Shown: positions 12,750 through 26,827, counted from the first letter of the stretch. The stretch is DNA of 64,000 bases from Adineta vaga (GCA_021613535.1 CP075492.1:12896001-12960000), one strand, 5' to 3'. Notes: generated by a model from the letters alone, not told the origin. A program made the numbers and translations.

Positions 12750-14715
12750 TTAACCAGGGGCAACAGATGGTGATACCGTTGTTGTAGTCAAAGTCGATGC
12801 ACTTCCAGAGACTAAAATAAACAAATCGAATAGAGAATTATACTCTATATAGAAAACACATTTAGAATTTCTTCATACCTGTACTACCACCGATAATAAC
12901 ATCGATGAATATGCCGCTGCTTGAAATAGTAACGCTGAACGCTTCTGTAATTAATGTAGCCAATACACGTATAGCACCAAGAACACCAGTAACTGGATCA
13001 TAAACTTGAAGAAAAGTTTCGACTATACTCATGAATTTACCACCAGCAGAAATAGTGAATGTACTACCAATTGCAAGAAGAATACCACCACCACTAGCAA
13101 CAAATGATAATGTACCCGCAGAAATAAGTTGAATAGGAAATTTAAATTTGAATCCAGCTGTAGAACCAGGTGTGCCCAATTCCAATATTGCACCCGCAGC
13201 AATAGTCAATACATCAAAATTGATATCGCATGAACCATTAAGATCAGCTGTAGATAATGTGCAACCTGCTGTAACTTCGAGACCACAAGGTGAATCTGTG
13301 CAATCGTCAACTGTTGGTGCAGAACCACCACAATAACTTGATCCAGATTTGAAAGATCCTGATACTACAGCATAGAATGTAATCTTGCTGGCTTGTCTCA
13401 AAGTACCAGAGGGTAAAATGGCACAAGTAAATGGACCAGCTGGATTAGTGATCTTAAAGCTTTCTCCTACACCTGATGATGAATATGCTTGAATAGTAGT
13501 TCCTGCTTCTGCAAAACCTCCACCAAGATATAGAAAAACTACTGAATTTCGAGGCACAAGTATAGTTTTGGTTGATGTTGCATCTTGAATTTTTCCACCC
13601 TTACGAACTTTAATGTTAACAGCATTTTTAAATGTGAATGCAGTATTGCCTCCACCAATAATTAAAGTGCCATAGATAGTGATCAATCTAGCTTTAATAC
13701 CTAATCCAGGACGTGATAGAGTTACTACTGTACCGGCAGCTATCACAATTGAACAATTGCCACTTGGAAGTATTTCTTCGCCCCAGATTGATGTATCAGT
13801 AAATTCACCAGATTTAATTGAAGTGAATTCATCCGATGATGGTGCACCACGAAAACCAGATGGTCCTATATATGAATTTTCATATAAATAAATCTATCAA
13901 GCAAATACTTTCTATTCTCTTACTTGCTCGTACTAGACCAACAAATTTCAAACGAATGGTTGCAATTTTTCTACCAAGAGGTCCACCATTGATAGTGATT
14001 TTGATATTGGAAAACGTTTTTGATGAATCTAAACCGGTTCTAAATTTTTTTCTTGCAGCAAGACATTGTGTGTTGCATGTTGTTGCTATAAACTTGACTA
14101 TCAAGAGAATTTTGACTGTAATAGCTCGTTTTGGTCGTAAACCGAAGCTAGAATTAAAGATAATTGAAAGTTATTGAATAATAATCAATATTTATACGAA
14201 CAAACTGCGTTTTCGTCGATCAGTACTAGAGGGTGTAGCTATACCGCTTTCAACTTTGGCGTCGTCAGTAAAACCCATGGATTTTCCAAGCTAAAAAAGT
14301 AATCTATGAAAAAAAGACTATTTTCAAGAATAATATTGCTTACAGTATCCGGATCTTCCAAATCTCCTGCTATAGCATTATCGTCATCATCAAATCCATC
14401 TGCTGCGTATTCAAGATAGAACGGATCATTTGCTAGAAACAAAACAAAGGAAAGAAAGTGGATTCTTTTAGTTGACAAATCCAATTGATCTTACATTTAT
14501 CAAGATTTTCAGCAGGTGTAATATCTTTTCTGGGCAGATATACTGGAATCAAAGCAAGAACAATTGCTGCAGAAATTACGAAGAAAATTAAAGCCAAACA
14601 ACAGATGGCTGCGATTGGCCATACCGCTCTTCAACAACAAAGAAAATTTTTCAAAAAACAAAACGCCATTAAAAATGATCATTTACTTTGCTGACGACGT
14701 CGACGCAGTTTGCAT
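12750..14715 (-). CDS. Type II membrane protein with two G8-like beta-rich repeats (5' end uncertain)
   Basis: TM exon VWPIAAICCLALIFFVISAAIVLALIPVYLPRKD (~14620-14495). A large exon (~13870-12880) contains SGEFTDTSIW...P...IVIAAGTVVTL...ITIYGTLIIGG and a second similar unit. The last exon ends in TAA at 12750. Confidence 0.72.
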
Positions 14716-15767
14716 TTCTATTACTAGTCCTGACTCCTGCGTTGATTACCACTAATCGTTTACGACGATTACATACCTTTTTATATTTTTCTTTATGTAA
14801 ACAAAAGTAATGTTTCTCATTCTTTTCGCCAGTCATGCAAAACGTACTCAAAAATAATGGTATAAACATTTTTCCTTTCTGAGCACGGTTTCGCGATTTT
14901 TAATTTTCTCATCATTGTCGTTCTACCTGCTGACGTCTTGGATTAATCTAATGACAACTTATTCATGCAAAACGTCGAAAGAACAGCAAATTTTCATTCG
15001 TTTTGCTTTCCAGACAAAAAACATATAATTAAAATGTAATTTATGAGATTTGACAGTATGTATAGATCAAAACTAGTCACCATCGTTGGTGAGAACGCAA
15101 TCAGATTTATTTATCAGCATATTTTGTCCTCATTGCTTTATTCAAACATGTACAGTTAGTTATACAATCATTTCTTTACTGTCGTCAGCAATCAGTCAAT
15201 ATTCTAACCTTGACATTAATTTGACAGAAAAACATAATTGAAGTTTAATACTTAAAAATTGAATGTGAAACAGAAATATTCTATCGATTGAATGCATGTC
15301 AACATCATTCAAAATTATTATCTATTGATCGATAGGTTAAATTATGAAATTTCATACTAACGAACATCTGATCGAAGTGTCTTACAGTATATTCCCAGGT
15401 GATGTTAGCATATTTTTATTTCTACTTCCGTGATCATTCATTAGAAAATTGGTTCTACGCTGATATTTTGATGAACAGTTTAGATGAATATATTTTATAA
15501 AAGAATACCAATAATTAAGAACTATCATCGATGGAATTTCTTTACCTATCTTAATGACAGGAGATTACGCGCATATCGTATGATAAAGTTCCTCTGATTG
15601 AGATTTATCAAAGACTTCTACATGTTTATACAAATACGGTTTTACTTAAATACAAACAACTACAAATAAACAAATACAGAAAAAAAAAATCTGACACAAC
15701 ACTCAAGATCATCACCGGACATTTTCGTATGTGCAAAGTTATTTTAAAAAAAGAACACACATTTCGT

Positions 15768-16469
15768 TTACTTCTCATTTGTCATTGTTGCTTTAAATTC
15801 ATCAATAAAATTTTCACTAAATTCAAATGTTGCTAAACCAAATAAAACTTTGAAATGTCCCAATTGAGGAAATTCTAAATAACATGAACCATGTGGTGAG
15901 ACTTCTTTATCAATAAAATCAAATATATGAGATATAGCTGTCATTAATTGTTCACGTGTTAAACCAGATTCATTTTGCAATGAATTATAATCGATTGTTT
16001 GCATATTGAAAGATGATAAAGTTGTATTCGGTTCAATATGAGTTGACTTTCCATTTGCTTGAAGTGAAAGCGAAAGGGCTGATGATAAATTTGGTTTCGT
16101 AATTCGTGATAGACGATGACGACGAGCAAATGTTGTATCTAGTACAAAAAATGGTTCTTTGGTAAGATTATTCGTATTATCCGATGATGGATGATTGATA
16201 AGAACAAAAGCGCCAAGTTCTGGTAATAAACATGGTTCATAGTTGAGTAAACGTCTTCGAATCATTTGAGAAAGAAGTGACCAAAGATGACGAAGATCAT
16301 ATTCCGATAAATGTCCATTTGTACAAGATAATGTTGATTCAGTATCGTGTAAAAAAGAAGAACGAATATCATCATATGAATTTGTCTGAATAATAAATCG
16401 AAAAAGTGTATCAGTAGTCAAACGACGAGAAGATTTCGAGAAAAATCTTGTAGAACTTGATGCGGGCAT
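15768..16469 (-). CDS. CCDC81-like protein with two HU-like domains
   Basis: LWSLLSQMIRRRL...LPELGAF...PFFVL and IDYNSL...LTREQL...LEFPQLGHF...FEFSENF resemble the paired HU-CCDC81 domains. No long coiled coil. Confidence 0.7.
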   Translation of the reverse strand: MPASSSTRFFSKSSRRLTTDTLFRFIIQTNSYDDIRSSFLHDTESTLSCTNGHLSEYDLRHLWSLLSQMIRRRLLNYEPCLLPELGAFVLINHPSSDNTNNLTKEPFFVLDTTFARRHRLSRITKPNLSSALSLSLQANGKSTHIEPNTTLSSFNMQTIDYNSLQNESGLTREQLMTAISHIFDFIDKEVSPHGSCYLEFPQLGHFKVLFGLATFEFSENFIDEFKATMTNEK

Positions 16470-17302
16470 AATCTAAAACCAAACAAAAGGCTACTGATTC
16501 TATTCTATAAGTTCTATTAATTTCCGAAAAAGATGTAAGTTTATATTATTATAAAGACATACAATATATCACGGTCATAGTATGTTACAAGTGATACTTT
16601 TACTGAATAGAAATTTTTTTAATGAAAAGTTCACTTGATTTTCCAGTCATCGTCGTCGGAAAAGAAAGGAGGAAAAAAAAGAAGAAGAAATGTTTGCTTT
16701 CATTAATGGACATAGAAATTGATCAATCCTCGTATTTGAAGGACAGATGACACCAGTTTCTGCGTAGGCGAACACACGTCAAATCAATTTTTTTGTCGTA
16801 GGGATAAAGTAAACAAATTTCACATTATCAATATCATTTTAATACATAAACAACCATTCGAATATCAACATTTCATTATAATAAATTAAACATGTCATGA
16901 CCTACCATTTACGAAGATACTCGAAAACCATATGACATGAAACTATCGATCCATATGATTGTTATTTTCAATTGAATTCTTTGAATAGAAATGAATTTTT
17001 AATTTGCTCAGTTAGAAAACATATTCTATATAATTTCAATCTTCGCATCCGATTACAAAGATGTATAGTAGTACAAAACATCCCAAACTTGTTTACAGAG
17101 ATATACAATCTCTGTCGTTTACCTTTTAGCGATATACAATATAAACTATATTCAATTACCATGTCAGTGCATCAAGTAAAAACATGTTACGTCGAAAACA
17201 AAACTCTTCGATCTGTTCTACCAATCTTATCACTATTATTCAAATAAAAGCATTCTTCTTTCGATCATATATTTTTCAATGACAAATATTACCATCTGAC
17301 AA

Positions 17303-18911
17303 CTAGTCTTGTTCATGAGAATTATTGTTATTCGAAAGAAATAGTTTATCAGTTAGATTAATTTGCTCATCTGTTTTATGACTTAATCGTTGTTGACTTT
17401 GTAATTTCGTTAAAATAGATGTGTGATTAGTCGAAGAATAATATGATTTTGATGATAAATTCTTCGATCGACATAATAACATATTAAATAATTCATGTCG
17501 ACCATGTTTACCACTGACAATAGAGATAAAAACATTAAAAGAATAATTACATAGTTCTAATGTTTTCAATAGATGTGGAACAAAATGTGTTAATGAACAA
17601 TGAGCAGATTGATAAAAAAAATTCATATAAAAGGTATGTAAATATCTAGAAAAATGAAGCAAATCAGACTAAATAAAAAAAACGTATAGATTCTTTTCGA
17701 TTTACCGTGGTGAAACAGTTAGAAGAAGAATACACGAAGAAAAGAATATCATTGGCGTAATTTGACGATGTTGTCCATGACGAACTAAGAGAATTTTTGT
17801 TGATTTTATTGATTGTTTTTCACTTTGACGAACACGTAAGAATAAGATAATATTTACTGTTAATAATAACATAAATGGAATAGCAACACGAATAACAATA
17901 ATAAATAATGTATACAATCGTTTGATTTGTGAAGTTAGAAACAATTGAAAATGATATTGATTAGAATCATTCATCGGCAGTTCTTCATAGAAACAGATGA
18001 TTGATCGCATTTGTTCTCGATATTCTCTATAAAAAAAGAAGAAGAAGAAGAACATGATGTTATTTTTGTCCAGAAGTTCAAATTATAAAAATACAAATTT
18101 ATTATATTTGAAAGTCTCATTAAAAGTATCTCTTGGAAATAAGAGCAGGAAGTTTTATAATTAATGAATTTTAAATATAGAATATGATTAAAGAGTTTTT
18201 ACTTTTCTTTAATGATATCATTGAAAGTTCTTACATAAACTTCATGTTATTACATACATTCCTATGTAGAAAAATGATTGGCTCAAATATTTGTTGATAA
18301 TGGTACAAAAATAGGATGAGTATTTTTCCTTGAGAAATTATCTAAACATCGTCAATCATATGTCGAGTTTCTCGGATGAAAAGATCACGAAATTCTATTC
18401 TTACTGACCTTTTCTGATAGAAACCGGGTTTAACAAAGAGTGAATTAATTGCACATGATGTTAGAATAACAGATAAGATAATAATAAGTGCACGTTTGCC
18501 TTTTGTATCCGTTATTGTTTGCAATGGTTTATATGTGACTAAGCATCGTTCGACAGTTAAGGCAACAATTAACCAAGCACTAATTGAACTGACGACTGAT
18601 TCGGAAAAGACTTGTATTGGACATTCAAATGCATGAAAATGAAATTTAAATACGATGTAATCAAGAAATAAGAATAAAAACCAAATAATCAAACGCATGA
18701 CATCAAAAATAGCAATAGCTGAAAAATAATAGGAATAAACTGATCGACGAAAATTTCGTGATGTTGCAAAATAATAGAGTGCAATTGGATTAAATGTTAT
18801 ACCAAAGATAAATAAAATAATTGCCGGTATTAAATGTCCATAAAGATAAACAGTTGTAGTCCATGGTGAACATTGATCAGGAAAAAAAGTTTGATTTGAA
18901 AGATTGGCCAT
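17303..18911 (-). CDS. Class A (rhodopsin-like) peptide-type GPCR, 3 exons
   Basis: TM1 GITFNPIALYYF, TM2 AIAIFD, TM3 SISAWLIVALTVERC, TM5 RVAIPFMLLLTVN, TM7 NYSFNVFI. Introns ~18408-18027 and ~17704-17647. Confidence 0.85.
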
Positions 18912-20323
18912 TGAATATAATCAACTCGTCGGTAACGAACTTAATGTTCGATCTTAAACTAAGAAGATATTGTCAAATAGACAAACTATGTATATTCTAA
19001 AAACGAGAAGAACTGTATTTTGAATAATAGTTTGTGTCAAAATAATTATCGTGATAGTCGATGATTGGTTGACGACACATTTATTTAGAAACTATAATTA
19101 AACTAATAATTGTTGTTTATTCTTCTATATATAGCTAGATTAAAAAGTAGCTGATAGTTGTTTGAGGCGATATTAGTATTTGTTCTTCGTTTAGTTGTCA
19201 ATAAGTTATGTGGTCTTAAGAAGAAGAAAAAGACGGAATGAATGCCTAGTGGTATCGAAATATGAGACGAAGAAAAAAAAAATAAATTGAGTAAATAGAC
19301 AGCAGAAGGAGAAAAAAACCGTCGATGGCTTAAGTCGTTTAATAACCTCGATAAGATGTCAATGTTCATTTCTGAAAACTAAATCAAAAAGAAAACGTCG
19401 AATTCAATGGAGGAAGACAAAAAAAATGTTTATCTTTGCAACGTCTTCTTATTCTATCAAGAATTTAATTGACATATATTTCTCGTTGATGTCATCATCG
19501 ATGAATATGTCAATAATTGTTAGTAACATCCGTCGTTATATATATAATCGCTTGAGACTTGAAAATAAACTAACGAACATTCGAAGATTACAAACCGGAT
19601 TATTGAACATTAATAATTTGTCTTATAGAGTCAGGTTATTTCTCTCTTAAGGGGAACAAACAGGAAGTATCTCTTCACTTAACTCTAAGCTTTGTTCAAG
19701 AGTAAGAAAAGGAAAAAATTCAAAGAAATCACGTCTAGATGATACAAGTGGTCAGAAATGTCGTCGTTTCTTTTCATATATAGAAGGGTTGACAGATGAA
19801 ATAAGATGAGATTTCATGACATTCCCTGTAATAAATGTCTATTCTTTTTCATCTATCAGAACAATTATGATTAAGGATTAAATCAATCAGCTTTTCGACG
19901 AACAATGTGAAGTAATACAAAACTCTTCAATGATTATGATTAGCGATCTCTATCTGATTCATCTGAAGAAATAAAGGAAGGAGTAATTATTTACGGTTTT
20001 CTTTCTGTTGTCGAATCTATTATCTCTTCCTCTGATATTAAATAATTAAAAAAGAAGACATACAATGTCTCTGTCACTCTTCCTATCTTTTTTTTCTTTC
20101 TCAAAGACGCTGGAAACGAACTGTACTGAAAGACTTTTAAATACATTTCGTTTTATTATTCAATACCAGCCTCTAACCGATCGATTGATAAACTATTATT
20201 TCGTCGAAAAGAGAGAAAAAAACGAAACTATCGTATTTAACTTCGATGAGTATTTGACACAGCTGTATCGATTGAATTTATCAATTCTATTGAAAGTCTG
20301 GATGTTTTTAATCAACCAATAAA

Positions 20324-20491
20324 ATGAGTCAAAGAAAGTATGATGATGATTATATTAACATGACAGACGTGTGTCGTGCAATTTGTTGAGATGCAAATCT
20401 AGCTGCCGGTATAATTATCAACATATTATTTGTTATTTTTTGCCTTGTTTTTATAGTGCTTGCTTTCTTCCTTTACTTCTTCTTGCTCTGA
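20324..20491 (+). other. Possible small membrane-peptide ORF with an in-frame TGA
   Basis: MSQRKYDDDYINMTDVCRAIC*DANLAAGIIINILFVIFCLVFIVLAFFLYFFLL*. AATAAA follows ~30 nt downstream. Confidence 0.3.
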
Positions 20492-21446
20492 TGATGTCAT
20501 TTTGATTGCTTTTCCTTTGTCAATAAAATCACTATTATCACAATAACCTCGAACTAATGTTTATTTCTACATACACATATTTATGTTGATGTCAAACATT
20601 CTAAGAAGATTACCAACGCATTCAGAAGTACCCAAACGAAATAAATCATTTGAAATTTTCCACATATAAAGAATATAAACAAAGTCAGGAATGTTCTTTA
20701 AAATATTCATGAATACTTGATAGAAATTAATCGGATTATTATTGTTGACATAGAAAAAACTAATCATATAAAGAGCACGAAGTATCGATTAATTATTTAT
20801 TTAAAATAGTTGCAACTCGTTCCTTTTGATTGCAATACAACCAATGATAATATCTCAGTTCAATATATCATTGATTGATTATTAAAAATTCATCGAACAC
20901 TTATCATTCTCATCTTCTATTATAAATAATATTTCCCATTTTGATTCGATTCTGTACTTATTCACACCAAATAAGCACGATCGGAAGGAAGCATTTAATT
21001 GGCATCATAAAACAATTCTAGTTTTTTTTTTCTCTCATATTATAAACAGTCGAATAATTATTTGACGGATCATTTGATGATAGTTATCAGTTGTATACGA
21101 CACTGTGATAAGATATAGCTATATAACATTGCACTCTATCAGATGTCGGTCGAAAGTTATTTATGACAGGATTATCTGTTTTGGTGCATCTTGTAGATTT
21201 GTGATGTATACTTAACTCACAAACGAAACATATATAAGTTATAATGATAGAAATTGAAAATAATTTGATCTTAATCAATGTGAGAAGAAAATGTAGTATG
21301 AATTCGAATGAATTTTTGTAGATTATAAAAAATCGATTAGAAGATGAATCTGTATAGATCCATTTTTCTTCTTTTGATTTTTATAATATATATTTTATTC
21401 AATCATATAGAAAGACTAAAATAATTTTTTTCGTCAAAATTTTATT

Positions 21447-21997
21447 TTATTGATTTGGAGCAGTCCATGAAAAACCTGGTGCTTCAGTTACGGATTCAAT
21501 AACACTGTATTGTTTAACAGCGTATGAAATTGTAAGTGGACCATTGCGTTGATAGCTTTCAACACGAAAAACAAATAGTGCTCGATTATTTCTTCTAGCT
21601 AAAACTGCAGCATAAGTATGTCCTTTGACAACAGGAATATCTTTGAAGAATTGGTTATCTTCACCAACTGTATTATTGAAATTGAAGGATTTCGATGAAG
21701 TCACACATGTAATGGAACATCACCAATATCAGTTAATACGCCAAAATCAGAGCCGGCAAACATAGCTTCAAAATAATCATTGGAACCGCAAGCTCCATTG
21801 TACAAGAGTTCTGGTGCGTTCATTGCTACACTTTTATCAGTAAGAAAGAGAGCACAATCTTGATATCTTAATGGAGGTGATTGACAACTGTACGAATATT
21901 TGAATGATGCCTGTTTAATAACATTCAATTGAGGAAGAACAACTGCTGAAGTAGCAGCGATACAGACGAACAATAAAAGTTGGTTGAAACTATTCAT
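21447..21997 (-). CDS. Secreted Cys-containing protein split by a frameshift (pseudogene or sequence error)
   Basis: Signal peptide MNSFNQLLLFVCIAATSA. The two ORFs overlap by 4 nt at 21701-21704 and read as one protein if one base is restored. There is no room for an intron. Confidence 0.7.
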
Positions 21998-22602
21998 ATT
22001 TTCAAAATGTAGCTTCGAATGAAATTAAGTGGCTTTTTATATCTCTATTTTGCATCTTGAGAAATTATCAATCTGATGTTTTGAAGTGAGTCAATTGTTT
22101 TTATGTACCCATAGAACGATTTGACTATCAATGCGTTATTCATGTAAATTATCTGATCATATCATTTTTCTTTTTTCAAGAGCAAAGATATTTTTAGCTA
22201 CAATTCATTCTTCGATTACAATATGAATCATAAAAAAAATTAAGTAATGAATTATAGTATTCTACCTCTTATATTCAGTATAGATAAAGTCAATTCTACT
22301 GATAATAATCGAACAGATGCACAATTTTTTCATCGCTGTAAAATCAATAGAACAATCATTAAGTCGGTATGCTATCCAAACATGTTGACATTGCATTTTT
22401 TACGAAGCAATTCTATAAGGCAATCAATCCAGTAAATAATCAAACTAACTCAACGGTAGATATAATATATTCTTGGTTTCATCAAATCAGTTTTTACATC
22501 CATTTTTTCTGGAAAATATAGCAATCTAGAAATGTTTTTCTCTTTCGATTCCGATAACGATATGTTCTAATCTTAAAAATTTCGTTTTACAAATTCTAAT
22601 TC

Positions 22603-23584
22603 TTAGCAAAGTTTTTGACACATAAAACTTATCGTGTCATATGAATGTGTTTGAATGAATTGTATATTTTGAAACATTGTATGTGCAGTTCGAATTGAAT
22701 CAAGTGGAATATTCATTCCTCGATAATCACAACAAAATTGTCTTAATTCTTTTGTAAATGTCATGATTACAGTTCCTAACAGAGTGAAATCGATCGATGC
22801 TTGTTCACACAAGATTTCTAAATGTAATTGATGTAAGAATGGACCAATCAATACACAAAGATCATCATAATTCAATTGATAGAAACCTATTCGTAATGAT
22901 AGAAGAGTTTTTTCAAAAATATTTGTATTCCACATGGATGAATCATTTGGAATCATCTCTGTACGTAGATGTTTAAGACATGGAAGAAGTGATAACAATT
23001 GACTCAATGTATTTCGTGAACAAGTTATACCGGAAAGTGTATGAAGTGTACGATTTGGTTGCCAAGTTAATTTCGAATTTGGAAAATGTGGAAAATAAAA
23101 ATGACATGAACGAAGATATAACCATGGTCTTTGTCTATTACTAAATAGACAATCAAAAATTGTCTATAATAAAATCTCAATGAAATATCCGACTGTTAAA
23201 GAAAGCAAGATTGATACGAACCATACTAGCTGGACTTGTTAAATGTTCGAGCATTGGTAAGATTGATGATTGAATTGAATTCATTTGTACATCGGTAGGT
23301 TCATTGATAGTTAATGCACGTAATTGAGAAAATTGTCTCAAGGAAATTGATGGACAAATATGATGAAGACGTAAATGAGTACAATGTGCTGAAAAATAAT
23401 GAACTATTGTTAACGATTGTTTATCTTCGGAGAATATATCAAGTTGTAAACGAACATGTTGAAGAATAAGATCAAATCGATGATTCAAATTTTCAAAAGC
23501 ACGATAGATATCATTTGAATCAGCTATGTATTCTACAATATTAATAAGAATTTCATTGCATAAATCTTCGAAAGTTGTTTTCAT
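22603..23584 (-). CDS. F-box-like / LRR-like protein, 2 exons
   Basis: N-terminal MKTTFEDLCNEILINIVEYI...IYRAFENLNHRFDLIL F-box-like motif, followed by LxxLxI repeats. Intron ~23221-23145. Confidence 0.72.
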
Positions 23585-25525
23585 TGTATTGGATGACTTT
23601 AATATCAAGTCAATGACCTAGAAAGCGTTTCTTGACGTGAATAATGAATAGTAACAAGAGTTTACTTACTTAATTAGTTTTTAATAAGGATAGATAAACT
23701 TTTTCATTGTATCCTTTTTTTTAGAGAAGAATTAAAACACGTGTTCTTGTTGTATGTATAAGAAAGAAAAAAAAACGCAGCATGTAGTTACATAGGTAAA
23801 ATAAAATAGAGAGGAAAAACAGAACTTAATCGTATCAGGCATTTCTTACGAATAATGACAATGTGTTGACGAGGCAAAAATTTTGCTCTGTCATTGCATC
23901 TAAATCATCGTATTTTATGTATTCATAAATTTATTATAGCTCAAAAAATCGTTTTGTCCACTTTTCGAAGTAGTGATGCAAAAGATTGTGAGCTATTCAT
24001 TTGATACTATAACATATGAATATTTTCGATAGATCATCATCAGGATAAATAATAACTTCATCAGTTCATGATGATTGAATCGATATTTACATTTTCTTTG
24101 ATTATTTTTGTATAGTATCACTCAACAATGTATTTATATTCATTTGGAAGCGAGAAAAGTTGTATGAACAATAAACGATGATTGATGTATGTTATCTAAA
24201 CTTCTTATCGATTGATAATCGTAATAATCTACATAAATATCTGAAAACTACGATATAAATCTTCTGTATTCATCGTCTTTTCAAAAGGTGCTTCACATAT
24301 ATATTAATATCGTAACAGAGCCAAAATACTTACTCAATTTATTATACGTGTTTTGTTATTTACGATTCATTTATTCTACAGGTGTGTATGTGATTACCTG
24401 TCTTCAAACGATGACAATTCGTACTGTTATCAAAGTGTATCTCAATCGTTCGATTGATGAAACAATTTGTTTACGTCAATCATCATTTGTATGAAAAGAA
24501 ATAGAAGAGAAGATTTTCTTCTCTCTTTATGAATATCGATCAAACAAAAGAATCTCTTGAAATTTTCTATATTTTTATTTAAAAACTGTAGAATGAGAAT
24601 CGATCAATAAATTCAAATGATGATTATATGCTTATCGAAATTTTATGTTATTTTATTTACGTGATATTTTCATCGATTACAACAAAATGATTGAAATGGA
24701 AATAATCAAATATCCGCATCTTAGTTTTCAATTATGATAGGAAATACGGGTGAGATCCTATCGATTGAGTACTTTTCAAACGGAAAAAGAATAAATAATG
24801 TGAATATATTAAATCCTAAATAAGAATTAATCAGTTTGAATATATCGACTCTTTACCCTTCAATAATGACGTTATGAAACATTAAAATATAACAAAGAAA
24901 AAGACAATACAATCTATATATATATATATACATAGTATAGAAATAAAAGTATGATTTCTCTTCTATTATTTGAGATTCATTTATCTATTGAAATTATATC
25001 TTGAATAAGAATATATACATAGAGATTTCTACCAAAAAATACAGTATTTGTTCGAGAGTTTAACTAGCAAATCATTTTCGCATAATTTACTGTATATATT
25101 TTCATTTTAAGCTTTAGTTTGATAACTAGTCATTACTCGTCCTTGTTTCAACTCTAATTATCATAAAAAATATGTGGGTGAGGCCGCTGCTAATTGCACA
25201 AACCAGGTAAATGCGAAATAATAAGGATAACGAATTTTATGCTCACATTTATTCATCAATATTCGAATCAAATCATATATAAAATTTTATTTATTCTACA
25301 AACAAATATGTCACTGCCTACAAGCCAATTTTTATTAGTTAAACGGAAAGTTTGTCTCATCTTTTTCCTCAGCTACTTCCGTTCCACCTGATTTTTTATT
25401 TATCAATGTATATAAAGAACCTAACAATATCAGTTTGCTCACCTTTCGATCGCGACGATTATTTTAACATTAAATATACCTTTTGTAATTATTTCGATTT
25501 CGATTTCTAGATTTTCATCCTCAAT

Positions 25526-26827
25526 ATGCCGAGTTTATTCTCAAATTTATTTAAATCTACCCTATCGACATTTCGTACAGCTATCCTACTCAACAATACG
25601 AATAGAATATGTGGAATTCTCGATGTTAAACATAATTATGTTAATAAAGAAATCGACAATGCCGGCAATACTGCACTCTTATTCGCCATTAAATATGCAT
25701 CACCTCTTACTGTTCAACTCTTACTCAAACAAGGCGCACAACCTGATCAACCCAATTCTCTCACGTTACAAACACCACTCAGTTTACTAGCAGCAAAAAC
25801 ATACGATACAGATCAAACACATCAAGCAGAACTAGATCTAGAAATAGCAATTCACCTTCTTGATCATGATGCATTCGTTGATAAACCTTCGCCATTTAAG
25901 TTCATCGATGAAGAAGAAAAAGAGTGTACTGTACAGGAAATACCTCTGATGACAGCAGTACGAACACGAAATCTTGCAATGGCAACATTACTCGTCGATC
26001 GAAAAGCAAATGTTAACTACCTCGAAAAACACTATCAAAATCGACCGTAAGATCTCTTCGGTAAATTTCGTTCTTTCCATCATGCTTCGTGTATGTTTAG
26101 AGTTCATCTTGCAATTATGAATGGTGATGAAGCCATGTTTGATCTGTTGGAGAATGCAGGTGCATCATGTCGTTCTGTTGTAACCGATGGAAACAATACA
26201 CTTTTGCATTGGTTTTGTAGTAACAAGGCGAATGATGAACAAAGATCATTGTTGAAGAAGTTGATTGATATTGGATGTAATGTGAATGCAGAAAATGATG
26301 GCCAACAAACTCCGTTGATGCTTGCAGCTAAACTGAATATGGTGAATACATGTGAAATACTTCTGAATGCACGTGCTGATACAGATATAGTTGATCATCG
26401 AGGTCATCGAGCGATTGACTTGGCAAAACTTGGTAGTGATTGTTTTCGACTACTACTTCATACGAAACAATGTGAACAACGAAAGTCTCAATCTCGTTCA
26501 TGTAAAAACCGAATTGTTTATAAAAAACAAATTGTTTCTCATCGACGAATTTCTGAACAATTTACCGAACCGATCAATCATACGAAAAATGATATAAATG
26601 AAATACAAGAATCATCGTCATCAACAGATGCAAAGTCTGAAGAAATGAAAAATGAAACTCCAACGATTCTCTCATCTGATGAAACAGATCAACAAACAGA
26701 AAATAATGGATTAAGAAAACGTATGTGGTCAAAAATATGTCGTACTAAACGAAAACTTATTCGAACAACCGATTTTTCTTTACGCAAATATGGAGATAGT
26801 TTCCAACAACCTATGTATGATAGATGA
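25526..26827 (+). CDS. Ankyrin-repeat protein, paralogue A
   Basis: GNTALLFA, LQTPLSLLA, NNTLLHWF and QQTPLMLAA ankyrin motifs. Intron 26046-26100. Confidence 0.9.

Noticed and set aside
13148-14177. Plus-strand ORFs overlapping the G8-like gene, and other antisense ORFs (5554, 37592, 41883, 59919)
   Set aside because: They are shadows of real coding exons on the opposite strand or in another frame.
20387-20560. Firm selenoprotein call for the TGA-containing micro-ORF
   Set aside because: No recognisable SECIS core (ATGA...AA...GA with correct spacing) before the nearby AATAAA. Kept only as a low-confidence finding.
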